A DNA stretch of 64,000 nucleotides from a candidate division FCPU426 bacterium (lineage in GTDB: Bacteria > Oederibacteriota > Muellerivitia > Muellerivitales > Muellerivitaceae), in assembly GCA_963847625.1 (NCBI GenBank), contig CAWKAR010000013.1:96001-160000 (forward strand), read 5' to 3'. The position numbers were made by a program, and so were the translations under genes. Positions 1-9,170 of the stretch are shown here, piece after piece (the first letter of the stretch is position 1; every line of letters starts with the position of its first letter). A model generated the notes under the pieces. That model was not told where the DNA came from, searched no databases, and was given only the letters and a program-made list of their open reading frames with translations.

Positions 1-199
1 CCACCATGTCCCACTTGTTCCAACCCCCGATGCTGGCTGTCTGCGAGTACATGACCTCGATGTAAATGATCTGCATGCCGAGCCAAAGGACCTCGGTCAC
101 GAGCCGGACAAGGAAATTCACCTTGAACTGCATCTCCCGCACCAGGCAGTTCTTCATCATCAGCACGGTCAGTTTTAAATAACGCCTCAGTATCGCCAT
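1..199 (-). CDS. ABC-2 type (DUF990-like) exporter permease, 5' part; runs off the window edge
   Basis: Manual translation from ATG at 199: MAILRRYLKLTVLMMKNCLVREMQFKVNFLVRLVTEVLW...GGWNKWDM. Third gene of the ATPase-permease-permease operon. Confidence 0.8.
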   Translation of the reverse strand, partial: MAILRRYLKLTVLMMKNCLVREMQFKVNFLVRLVTEVLWLGMQIIYIEVMYSQTASIGGWNKWDMV

Positions 200-235
200 G
201 CGACGTTTCCTTTATTCATGAATTCATAATTCAAA

Positions 236-405
236 ATCACACCTGTCCCAAATAAACCTAGCCACGGATGCATGGGATTCATGGGATTTAACAAACACAA
301 ATATTTAAAGCCTTTTTTCTTAGCCCAATCTAAATGTATCCCCTGAATCCGTGGCTAAGAAGGGTTTGCCTTAGCAGTTCATTCATAATTCAAAATTTAA
401 AATTC
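236..405. repeat. Dispersed repeat family A (MITE/REP-like): CACACCTGTCCCAAATA leader plus a ~99 bp core with imperfect ~20 bp terminal inverted repeats
   Basis: Core 259-357: TAGCCACGGATGCATGGGAT ... ATCCCCTGAATCCGTGGCTA. Other copies at 1311-1592, 34651-34775, 35408-35635, 41050-41365 and 42423-42560. Confidence 0.85.
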
Positions 406-419
406 AAAATTGTTTTTTT

Positions 420-1277
420 CTATCCCCCGACCGCCGAGTAACGTTTCATTCCCGCCTTCCAGGTAAGCCGGCAAAAGAGGAAAAAGGCCCCCACCCACAA
501 GAACCCGATTCCCAGTAATGGGAGCAGTTTGTCCGCAGGAACCTTGCCCAGCAGGATCATGCATGGCCAATATCCTTCATAACCGAAAGGCGAATAATTG
601 AGAAATGGCAGGAGGGAAAGGGGCATGAGGTTTAAGGGAATCAGGTGTCCGGACAGGAAAAACTCGATGGTCATCACGACGAACAGGAAGGTGGAGATTT
701 CCAGGAACCAGAAAGCCAGGTTGCCGATCAAAAAGCTGAACAGCATCCCGATCCAAAAGCATATGACGAGGGAAACCACGAAAGCCGCCCATTCCAAGAG
801 CGTGGGAATGTGGCTGAAGTAATGCCGCATGAGGAAAAAAATGGGGGGGAAGGTGAAAAGCGCCACGTACCAGAAAACCACCTTGTGGGCCAGCCGGTAC
901 ATGATCTGGTAACCCAGGTAGCTCATGGGCCGGATGAGGTAGCGGTTGAGCAGGCCGTCCTTGATATCCAGGTTGATATCCCTGGCCATGCCCGGCATGC
1001 TGGAAAATCCCCTGGCAATGTACATGAAAGCGTAATAGGCCACCATGTCCTCGTAGCTCATGCCCCGGATATTGGAAGGGGCCCCGCCCAACTTACGGGA
1101 CTGGTAGATGGCGTACCAGAGGAACAGCGTGGTGACCAGGGGGAGGAAGCGGAAGATGGCCCCGAATATATAGTTGGCGCGGTAAACCATATCCTCCTGG
1201 GTACGGGTGGATAGGATCACCCAGTACTTATGGAGGGGGGATTTGGGTTTGTTTTCACTCAACGTCATTTCCGGCAT
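420..1277 (-). CDS. ABC-2 family transporter permease (DUF990-like)
   Basis: 285 aa, multi-TM, 'DIKDGLLNRYLIRP' and 'FLSGHLIPL' motifs, next to an ABC ATPase. Confidence 0.85.
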   Translation of the reverse strand: MPEMTLSENKPKSPLHKYWVILSTRTQEDMVYRANYIFGAIFRFLPLVTTLFLWYAIYQSRKLGGAPSNIRGMSYEDMVAYYAFMYIARGFSSMPGMARDINLDIKDGLLNRYLIRPMSYLGYQIMYRLAHKVVFWYVALFTFPPIFFLMRHYFSHIPTLLEWAAFVVSLVICFWIGMLFSFLIGNLAFWFLEISTFLFVVMTIEFFLSGHLIPLNLMPLSLLPFLNYSPFGYEGYWPCMILLGKVPADKLLPLLGIGFLWVGAFFLFCRLTWKAGMKRYSAVGG

Positions 1278-1310
1278 CTAAAATCCTTTTTCAAAACATT
1301 CCAAAAATCT

Positions 1311-1592
1311 CTAGCCACAGATGTGCCGATTCACCATAAAACAAATATTGAAATCGGTACGATACCAGCCCCCCGAAAAGCTTCATCGAGGGCTGGCATG
1401 CATGGGATTCATGGGATTTGCTTAAAATTAAAAATTTAACATCACACCTGTCCCAAATAAACCTAGCCACGGATGCATGGGATAGATGGGATTTGCGTAA
1501 AATTAAAAATTTAAAATTTAGCATTTAAAATTCATTCATGTTTTTCATGAATGCTTTAGCCATCCGAGTGCATCCCCTGAATCCGTAGCCAA
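1311..1592. repeat. Repeat family A, compound copy carrying a double-hairpin insert at 1322-1400
   Basis: Same inverted repeats and leader as 236-405; intergenic inside the ABC operon. Confidence 0.85.
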
Positions 1593-1612
1593 GATTATGA
1601 GTTGTGGTACTT

Positions 1613-2596
1613 TTACTTATCGCTTCCCTTAAACACCTTCTCAATCACTTCCTCGATGGGCACTTCCTCGATGTTGATGTCGTCCACGTCGAAACGGTTC
1701 AGGATTTCGTTGGAGGCTTGTTTTACCTGTTCCCGCAACACCTTCAAGACCGCCTTGTGCCGGGTGTGCTCCAAGACCGTGCCCAAGGATGACAACTGCT
1801 CCGCCGTTACCCCGCCGTCCTCAAAGGTGACAGTAATAAGCTTGGATTGGGAGAACTGCTCCACCACGTCGTCCAGGCGGCCGTCAAAAATCTTTTTCCC
1901 GTGGTTGATGACGATGACCCGGTCGCAAAGGGCCTGGATGTCGTTCATGTAATGGCTGGTCAAAAGGATCGTGGTCTTGGTCCGGCGGTTGTAGTCGCGG
2001 ATGAACTCCCGGATGTTCTTCTGGGCCACCACGTCCAGCCCGATGGTGGGCTCGTCCAGGAACAACACCCGGGGCCGGTGCAGGAGGGAGGCGATCAGCT
2101 CGAATTTCATGCGCTCGCCGAGCGAAAGCTCGCGCACCATGATCCCCAGGAGCTTTTTCACTTGGAGCAGTTCGGTCATCTCATCCAGGACCTTCTTATA
2201 GTCATCGTCTTCCACGCCGTAGATTTCCTTGTTCAGGAAAAGGGATTCCTGGGCCGGCAGGTCCCACCAAAGCTGGTTTTTTTGGCCCATGACCAGGGCG
2301 AATTGCCGCCGGTACTCGTTCTTGCGTTCCGAGGGAATGAAGCCCAGGACCCGGGCTTCCCCGGTGGTCGGAAAAAGGATGCCGGAAAGCATCTTGAGGG
2401 TGGTGGTCTTCCCCGCCCCGTTGGGGCCCAAAAACCCCACCAGTTCCCCCTCGGCGATGGAAAAGCTCACCCCGTCCACCGCCCTCACCTCGGTGAATTT
2501 GCGGTTGAAAAGCCCCTTAAAAGCCCCGCCCAGGCCCGGCAGGCGTTTCTGGGTTCGGTAGATCTTGGACAGGTCCTTCACTTCAATCATGGGCAT
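1613..2596 (-). CDS. ABC transporter ATP-binding protein
   Basis: Walker A GPNGAGKT, signature LSLGE, Walker B LFLDEP. Start moved to MPMIEV (2596). Confidence 0.93.
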   Translation of the reverse strand: MPMIEVKDLSKIYRTQKRLPGLGGAFKGLFNRKFTEVRAVDGVSFSIAEGELVGFLGPNGAGKTTTLKMLSGILFPTTGEARVLGFIPSERKNEYRRQFALVMGQKNQLWWDLPAQESLFLNKEIYGVEDDDYKKVLDEMTELLQVKKLLGIMVRELSLGERMKFELIASLLHRPRVLFLDEPTIGLDVVAQKNIREFIRDYNRRTKTTILLTSHYMNDIQALCDRVIVINHGKKIFDGRLDDVVEQFSQSKLITVTFEDGGVTAEQLSSLGTVLEHTRHKAVLKVLREQVKQASNEILNRFDVDDINIEEVPIEEVIEKVFKGSDK

Positions 2597-2727
2597 GGGC
2601 TTGATATCTCTCGTTTGATTTTGTAGCTTCGCGAAGTAGTTATTATAGGAACCGCATCGGAAAGATTCCAACTGCCAGAACCGAATTATTTCAACGCCAG
2701 ACCAAAGCGCAAAGTTTAAAAATAAGA

Positions 2728-3010
2728 TATCCCTTTACAACAAGTAAAAGAAAAAGGGCATGGAACCGCCGATCAAATCCGATGTCCTGCATCTCCATAA
2801 AGGAGTTAATGGATTGCGGGACTATACCACTTTCATTTGAAATTCTTTCAATAGTGAAGTGGCATGTGCCAATCTAACATGAAAATATTTTGAGATTGGT
2901 ACTATACCAGCCACATTGAATATTTATGGAAGGCTGGCATGGACGCCGATAAGCTAGAGTAAGTCTTAATCTATAAGCCCTCATCGGCGTTAATCGGCCG
3001 TTATCCACGA
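2728..3010. repeat. Dispersed repeat family B (ACCGCCGATCAAATCCGATGGACGCCGAT...ATCGGCG) with two tandem double-hairpin inserts (2783-2941)
   Basis: Matches the reverse complement of 12808-12900 once the insert is removed; another copy ends at 32000-32085. Confidence 0.8.
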
Positions 3011-3721
3011 TAAAAAAATTGTTTACGTCGATCCCCAAAAAAAATGAATAAAATGCTCGTCCTTCCCTGATATGTCATAACCCGACGGTTACGATTCATC
3101 CCAGAGAGCATCAAAAGAGTTAAAATAAGGCCCACTTAAAGAGGATGGTTGGCCGGTTTGTCCCCAACCCGCGGACCAATTAAATTTGGATAGAATATTT
3201 TTGTAAAGTCATTCAAAGAGTGGTTATGACGAAAAATTTAAGAGAACGCATAAAATTAAAATATGCAAAAGTCGGAATTATATTATTTGGCGTTTTAGAA
3301 ATCATTTTCGCTATAGCCCTGATTTCGGCGCTTATATATGCATCAAGCTTTTTTGATAAAATCCAAAATTATGAAAAGTCGATAAATATTTGGTCTCAAT
3401 TCACAATTGTTATTTTTTGGATAATTGTTTTAATTTGGCTTGGTATTGGAACTTTCCAAATAAAATTATGGGCACGATCAATATGTTTAGCACTTTCTTG
3501 GATCTCATTAGTAGAGGGATCACTTCGGATTTGTACGAGAATTGTTTATGATTATTTTGTTTTCCATTTCAAGACAATTTATGAAGGAGTATTAATTACA
3601 CCAGAGGCTTATTGGACAGAGCTTGGGATCAGAATTATTTCCTCCATACTTTTACTGACCTTTCCCCCGAAAACTGATCCAAAAATATGTTAGTTTTGGA
3701 TTATAGATCGGGAGGGGAAAG

Positions 3722-3991
3722 ATGGCAAAGAAACGGTTTTTATCTGAGCAGATAGTGGCTATTCTCCGCGAGGCGGAGAAAGCTCCCGCCGTTGAGGAAG
3801 TTCTCCGAAAGCATGGCATTTCCGAGCAGACTTACTACCGCTGGAAACGCATGTACGGAAGCCTTGGAGTTTCCGAAGTCCACCGCATCAAACAGCTGGA
3901 AGAAGAAAACCGGAAACTCAAGCAGTTAGCGGGTGATCAGGCCCTGGCTATTCAGGTTCTCCAAGAGCACATAAAAAAAAAGGGGTATTGA
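3722..3991 (+). CDS. IS3 transposase OrfA (HTH)
   Basis: 'KHGISEQTYYRWKRMYG...LEEENRKLK' typical of OrfA; A9G slippery run near 3973-3982 before the orfB overlap. Confidence 0.92.
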   Translation: MAKKRFLSEQIVAILREAEKAPAVEEVLRKHGISEQTYYRWKRMYGSLGVSEVHRIKQLEEENRKLKQLAGDQALAIQVLQEHIKKKGY

Positions 3992-4818
3992 TCGAGGAGC
4001 AAAAAGGCATGGTGGAAGCCCTGAAGGCTCAGGAAGTACCGGAAAGACGAGCCTGTGATGTTCTTGGGGTAAATCGATCGAGTTTTCGATATGAGGCCCA
4101 GCCAGAAGATCCGTTGAACCAGGTGATCCTGCAGGAAATGGTTAAGTTAGCGCAAAGAAACCGACGTTTCGGAAGCCCTCGGATGTTGTGGATGTTGGAA
4201 CGCAGAGGCCTTGATGTGAATCACAAGCGGGTGGAGAGGCTCTACCAGGTAGCAGGGCTTCAATTACCGCGCAGGAGACCCAGGAAGAAGAGGGTTCCGA
4301 CGGAATGGAGAAGGCCCCACCCGGCTTTGGGTTCCAACGAGGTGTGGACGATGGACTTCGTGCATGACCTGACATGGTTCGGGGGAAAGGTGAAGTTTTT
4401 GACGGTGTTGGATGAAGGATTTAGGGAATGCTTGGAGATCCGGGCGGAGAAGCGAATGAGAAGCCGGGACGTGCTGGAGACGCTGGACGAGTTGATGACG
4501 GAGTACGGGACACCAAAGTGCCTGCGGGTGGACAACGGGCCAGAGTTCGTGGCGAAAGAACTGAGGAACTGGCTTGAGGAGAAGGGCGTAGAGGTGCTAT
4601 ATATCGAACCAGGGAGTCCATGGCAGAATGGATTCATCGAAAGTTTCAACGGAAAGTTTAGGGATGAGTGCCTGAACCAAGAAATTTTTCTTTCAAAAGC
4701 GGAGGCCCAGGTAGTCGTGGATTGGTGGAGGCAGGTGTATAACTGGCAGAGACCGCACAGCAGTTTGGGGGGAAAAACCCCAATGGAAGCAAAGGCCGAA
4801 AAGTTGGGCCTTAACTAA
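3988..4818 (+). CDS. IS3 transposase OrfB (DDE integrase core), probably fused to OrfA by -1 frameshift
   Basis: WTMDF, VDNGPEF, PGSPWQNGFIESFNGKFRDE, RPHSSLG motifs. Confidence 0.95.
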   Translation: MIEEQKGMVEALKAQEVPERRACDVLGVNRSSFRYEAQPEDPLNQVILQEMVKLAQRNRRFGSPRMLWMLERRGLDVNHKRVERLYQVAGLQLPRRRPRKKRVPTEWRRPHPALGSNEVWTMDFVHDLTWFGGKVKFLTVLDEGFRECLEIRAEKRMRSRDVLETLDELMTEYGTPKCLRVDNGPEFVAKELRNWLEEKGVEVLYIEPGSPWQNGFIESFNGKFRDECLNQEIFLSKAEAQVVVDWWRQVYNWQRPHSSLGGKTPMEAKAEKLGLN

Positions 4819-5505
4819 CTTAAATTTGGATCAAACATTGGGGGAAGGTCATTACCGTTAATAGTTATCCTATTTTATAGGAATAAATATGTTACAGCGG
4901 CATTCAAAAGCAAAGATTCTAAAATCCCATGGACTGACAAAATCCCATTTTTGGTTCTAATCTTAAGTCTGCTTTTGATCGAAAAGATAATTGGAATTCT
5001 TTTTAGCAACCCATTTACATCTGGTTTGCACCTCTTTTTCGGACACCAAACTTCAAATCTTTATTGGGGTCTTTTCAAAAGCGCGGATGTATTTTTCCTG
5101 CTTTATTTAGCATACGGTGTTTATCAACAAAAGGTTTCTGCTTGGCGGCTTGTAAACGCACGCTATTTTTTATCGCTATTGTCTTGGGTTATAGGTTATT
5201 CCCACGAAAATTACTTAAAAATTTATGAAAATCTTGGTTATTCACAGGAAAAGGCAAATGAATATCTAAGAGGAATTTTTATTGAAAATTACATGATTAG
5301 TTGGTTAATCATCCTTGCAACCATTGGATATTTTTGGTACGTCCGAAAATATTTTTACCCCTCTAAGATGAACAACAGAAAAAATTCGTATAAAAGAACT
5401 TCAATATGGAAATTATGGAATAAACGCCTCAGACATTTGACGGTTTAAACTCTAATTACCTCAAATTTGCGGTCGAAAATCGTCCAGAGTGGGGAGAGAT
5501 AAAGG

Positions 5506-5787
5506 ATGAAGCTTCAATTATCGGTTGCCTGGAAAGTTCGAATTGGTTTTCTTTGTTTTTTTGTAGGAAGCTATGTTTTAAGTAATTTAAGAGCATATGG
5601 TTTTATCGACTCTACAATTTTAGGTGTTGCCGTTGCTGTGTTGACAGGTGTGAGTTTCTTTCCAATCGCAAGATTAAAATGTCCATATTGCAAAGAACCG
5701 TTACCCGGAAAATTTGCAAATCCGGCAATATATGTCTTTCCGGGTCAAAAATGTCCTAAATGTGGTAAGAGGCTAGATGAATCATAA
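5506..5787 (+). CDS. Small membrane protein with C-terminal zinc ribbon
   Basis: Two hydrophobic segments, CPYC...CPKC, AAGG ribosome-binding site. Confidence 0.6.
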   Translation: MKLQLSVAWKVRIGFLCFFVGSYVLSNLRAYGFIDSTILGVAVAVLTGVSFFPIARLKCPYCKEPLPGKFANPAIYVFPGQKCPKCGKRLDES

Positions 5788-5851
5788 AGGAGTAAAAAAA
5801 GATTTGGATTTTAACTGCGGCTATATGGCTCTGTGGTAAAGTCTTCTAATT

Positions 5852-6490
5852 ATGCCCAATCAAAATACAAACAAAATTATCAAGGAACTCAAGCGGCTCT
5901 ACCCCGACACGGGGAGTTTCCTGAAATACCAAACCCCTTTCCAATACCTCTGCGCGGTCATCCTCTCGGCGCAATGCACCGACGCCAGGGTGAATTTGGT
6001 GGCGCCTCATCTTCACAAGGCCTTACCCACCCCCGAGAAAATGGCGAAGGCCAAACTGAAGGACGTTGAAAAGATCATCAAATCCACCGGGTTCTACCAC
6101 AACAAGGCCAAGAACCTGATTGGATGCGCCCAGGCGTTGTTGAGGCTATATCAAGGCAAGATTCCTAAAACCATCGAGGAATTCGTGAAGATCCCGGGTG
6201 TGGGCCGCAAGACCGCCAATGTGGTGCTGGGGGAAATTTACGGCATCGCGGAAGGCGTCACGGTGGACACCCACGTCATCCGGCTTTCCAACCGGTTGGG
6301 ATTCACCCGGTACCAGGACGCCGTCAAAATCGAGGTGGATTTGATGAAGGCGATCCCGAAGGAAGAATGGATCCCTTTTTCCCACCGGCTGATCCAACAC
6401 GGCCGGAAGGTCTGCGACGCCCGCAAACCCTTGTGCGCGGTTTGCACCCTGAGCCAGTGGTGCCCCTCCGCGACGAAATTCATGAGCTGA
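5852..6490 (+). CDS. nth: Endonuclease III
   Basis: ILSAQCTD, HhH motif PGVGRKTAN, VDTHV, 4Fe-4S motif CxxxxxxCxxCxxxxxC. Confidence 0.95.
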   Translation: MPNQNTNKIIKELKRLYPDTGSFLKYQTPFQYLCAVILSAQCTDARVNLVAPHLHKALPTPEKMAKAKLKDVEKIIKSTGFYHNKAKNLIGCAQALLRLYQGKIPKTIEEFVKIPGVGRKTANVVLGEIYGIAEGVTVDTHVIRLSNRLGFTRYQDAVKIEVDLMKAIPKEEWIPFSHRLIQHGRKVCDARKPLCAVCTLSQWCPSATKFMS

Positions 6491-6601
6491 ACAGGCATTC
6501 AGTTCAGGACAACTTGTGCTTATAACCCGGAAAACCAGCGATATACACCGCACCCGATGAAGTATTCCCCGGGCCGTCGGTTCTAAAATAAAATCCAAAA
6601 T

Positions 6602-6640
6602 AAAAAAGCCCCCCAGCCGAAAGGCCGGGGGGCATATTTT
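6602..6640. terminator. Intrinsic terminator between convergent nth and OMP genes
   Basis: AAAAAA-GCCCCCCAGCC-GAAA-GGCCGGGGGGC. Confidence 0.75.
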
Positions 6641-6656
6641 TACCAACGAGACCGCG

Positions 6657-7244
6657 TCACTTGAAGTTATAACCCACCGCAAGGTCAAATCCGAGGGTGG
6701 ACTGATTCAGGGAACCGTTATATTTCCCGATGTCGCTCAGGCCCCCGTCGACCCGGAATTCCGCGCGGAAATGATCGACATCCACACCGATACCCCCGAT
6801 GAGGCTTCCATCCACCCCGTTAACATCGTCTTTGACGTCAGTAGATTGGCCGTTTACTGTTTGGGTCGCGCCCAACAGGAAGTTGGGGGCGGCGCCGAGA
6901 ACTACGTAAAGTTTCGCCTCGCTTTTTGGGGTGATATAAGCCCTGAACAGGAGTGGGATCTGGAGGTAGTCTATTTCGTTCGTGGCACCGCTCTCGGAAT
7001 CCCCCTTCTGGATGTATGTCATCTCGGTCCCAAGGGAGAAGCTGTTGTCGTTGAAAGGGAAATCCACGAAAAATCCGCCGAGCAAACCCGCCTTCATGTC
7101 ACCGGATTGGGATTCATCTCCGCCGCTGGTGATGATGTTGTACATCGCCAGTCCAGCTTTGAGCCCCACATTCACCCTGTATTCATCGGCGATTGCCGGA
7201 ACAGCCATCATCACGGCCGCTAATAGGAAAAGAACCTTCTTCAT
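6657..7244 (-). CDS. Outer-membrane beta-barrel (porin-family, OMP_b-brl_2-like) protein
   Basis: Signal peptide MKKVLFLLAAVMMAVPAIA, 'GLKAGL', 'YIQKG', 'DYLQIPLL', aromatic C-terminus GYNFK. Confidence 0.8.
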   Translation of the reverse strand: MKKVLFLLAAVMMAVPAIADEYRVNVGLKAGLAMYNIITSGGDESQSGDMKAGLLGGFFVDFPFNDNSFSLGTEMTYIQKGDSESGATNEIDYLQIPLLFRAYITPKSEAKLYVVLGAAPNFLLGATQTVNGQSTDVKDDVNGVDGSLIGGIGVDVDHFRAEFRVDGGLSDIGKYNGSLNQSTLGFDLAVGYNFK

Positions 7245-7368
7245 ATTTCGCACCCTCCAGAATGGAATGTACTGATAAACAATAATCACGAACATCAACA
7301 TTTATCTTAAGCGTGGTCCTACATATCTGACAGCATAAAAGGGGCTACGCGGGGTAAACAGTTTCCAA

Positions 7369-7465
7369 GGCCAAAAACCCATATGTGGTGTTTGTACCTT
7401 GAGCCAGTGGTGCCCTTCAGCGACGAAATTCAATAACTGATTAGGTCTTAACTTCAGGATAAATT
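7369..7465 (+). pseudogene. Duplicated 3' tip of nth plus a short stretch of its downstream flank
   Basis: Encodes KPICGVCTLSQWCPSATKFNN* versus nth KPLCAVCTLSQWCPSATKFMS*. Confidence 0.85.
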
Positions 7466-7541
7466 TCCTAACTTCAGTTATACAAAGTACAGCCTCAAGC
7501 ATCCCTGGAATCCTTCAAATTCCCCAAGGAAGGAAAGTCTT

Positions 7542-9170
7542 TTAGGGTTTCTTCCGGTAAACCAGCAGTTCCACCCGCCGATTCTTGGCCTGCCCCTCAG
7601 GCGTGGCGTTGGAGACAATGGGCCTTTCAGCCCCGAAACCCGCCACTCGTAGGAATTTTGGTTTCACCCCATCACGCACCAGGCCGTCCCGGGCAGCCCG
7701 GGCCCGGGCCAGGGAAAGTTCCCGGTTGGTTGTGAATTTCGATTCTTTCAGGTCCCGGTTGTCCGTATGGCCCGCCACGAGAATGAGACATCCGGGATAT
7801 TTCGCGAAAATCGTCCGGGCGGCCTCAGCCAAGCGTTCACGGTCGCTCCCGGTAAGCTCGTCGGTCCCCGAATCGAATTGAAGATTCTCCGAAACGTTTA
7901 AACTCTCCCAACCCGGTATTTCAGGCGGGGCTTCCTTGGCCAGAAAACTAAGGGGTTCCGACCGGCCCTTCCCTTCCTCCCCTTGTTTCACTTCCAACCA
8001 GGCCCGGTATTGGTCCTGGCCCACTAAAAAGCCTTGTGGATTTTCCCCGTCCCAGGCGAAACCCTCCGGGGGAGCCCCTTGGCCCGATTGGGCCCAAACT
8101 CTCGTTCCCTTGGAATCCTCGATCCATGCTTTCCATTCGCGGACCCCTTCCCGGTCCTGGATATCATCGGCTATTTTCAGGGATTGGGCACCCAGGATGA
8201 ACTCCGATGGCGCGGTTAGGTCCACCCGGGTTGCCGGACCCTTCCCGCCGAAATCCAGGCCCAGCGCAATTTGATGGGTCGTCCCCAAATCCCCCAGGGT
8301 CGTGAGGGCATAATCCAATTTCCAATCCATGTATTTGACCCCCACCCCCAAGGCCAACCCCGACAAGCCATCCAGGGAACCGGTGTCGGCGAAACGGTAT
8401 CCCGCCCGAATGGCCAGGTTGCGGATGAGCCAATATTCCCCTCCCATCCCCAAACTGGAAGATCCCCCAACGAGGGGCAAGGATTCCTCTAGGGATAGGT
8501 CGAGGCTTCCCTCACCCGTTTGTTTTCCGCGGTCCAGCCGGTAATCAGCCCCCAGCCTGAGGCGCATGGGCAGGTCAGCCCCGTCCAGGGAACCGCCCAG
8601 GTCGTTGACCGAGCCCTGGAGCGATAAACCGGTTCCCGGCAACCGGTATAGGAGTCCCGCGTCGAAGGCGGCGGCCTGGCCTGAACTGGTTTGGATCGTG
8701 TCATAAAGGAAACGGGCCGCCACGCCGGCCTCAAGGTTGGGGGAAAGGCAACGGGCGTAGCCGGCGGCAAGGTTGAGGCCCATGGGGGAATAAGTCCCGT
8801 CGGAAAAGGGCAGTCCTCCCGTGACAACGTAACGGTTTACCGTGCCGAAACCCATGGCGTCCCCGCCCAGCGCGAGCACCGAACCGTCGCCCAGGGGCTG
8901 GGCCCACGCCAGGTGGGACAGGGAAAGGTCCTGGACCCAGAAACTTTGGGAAAGGGAGACCTGGGGGCCGTCCAATTGGGCCAAGCCCGCGGGGTTCAGG
9001 TCCAATGAATCCGCTCCGGCAAAGGCGGACCCTGACCCCCCCATGGCCGATTCCCGGACGCCAGGTGAAATTTTAAGCCAGGAGGCCCCGGGATCCGCGG
9101 CCCCTGCCGCAGGGGGGAGCAGGGCCCAAACGCCAAGGAGGAGGGCGGCCGACGCTATTTTCATTTTCAT
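7542..9170 (-). CDS. PorV/PorQ-like beta-barrel fused to an Ig-like segment and a C-terminal OmpA peptidoglycan-binding domain
   Basis: 'GVRESAMGG...NPAGLA', 'GGEYW...AIRAGY', 'LDYA', OmpA motifs GHTD / LSLARA / KNRRVE. Start MKMKIAS overlaps the upstream stop (ATGA). Confidence 0.8.
   Translation of the reverse strand: MKMKIASAALLLGVWALLPPAAGAADPGASWLKISPGVRESAMGGSGSAFAGADSLDLNPAGLAQLDGPQVSLSQSFWVQDLSLSHLAWAQPLGDGSVLALGGDAMGFGTVNRYVVTGGLPFSDGTYSPMGLNLAAGYARCLSPNLEAGVAARFLYDTIQTSSGQAAAFDAGLLYRLPGTGLSLQGSVNDLGGSLDGADLPMRLRLGADYRLDRGKQTGEGSLDLSLEESLPLVGGSSSLGMGGEYWLIRNLAIRAGYRFADTGSLDGLSGLALGVGVKYMDWKLDYALTTLGDLGTTHQIALGLDFGGKGPATRVDLTAPSEFILGAQSLKIADDIQDREGVREWKAWIEDSKGTRVWAQSGQGAPPEGFAWDGENPQGFLVGQDQYRAWLEVKQGEEGKGRSEPLSFLAKEAPPEIPGWESLNVSENLQFDSGTDELTGSDRERLAEAARTIFAKYPGCLILVAGHTDNRDLKESKFTTNRELSLARARAARDGLVRDGVKPKFLRVAGFGAERPIVSNATPEGQAKNRRVELLVYRKKP

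Larger units (their letters stand above)
3656..4851 (+). mobile_element. IS3-family insertion sequence, 1196 bp, copy 1
   Basis: TG...CA ends; inverted repeats TGACCTTTCCCCCGAAAACTGATCCAAA / TTTGGATCAAACATTGGGGGAAGGTCA; 4 bp target duplication TTAC; orfA plus orfB. Confidence 0.95.
3220..5448 (+). pseudogene. AT-rich integral membrane protein gene split by IS3
   Basis: Removing the IS and one TTAC restores one frame: ...IISSILL-PLIVILFYRNKYVTAAFKSKDSKIPWTDKIPF-LVLILSL, joining ORFs 3220-3693 and 4951-5448. Confidence 0.88.
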
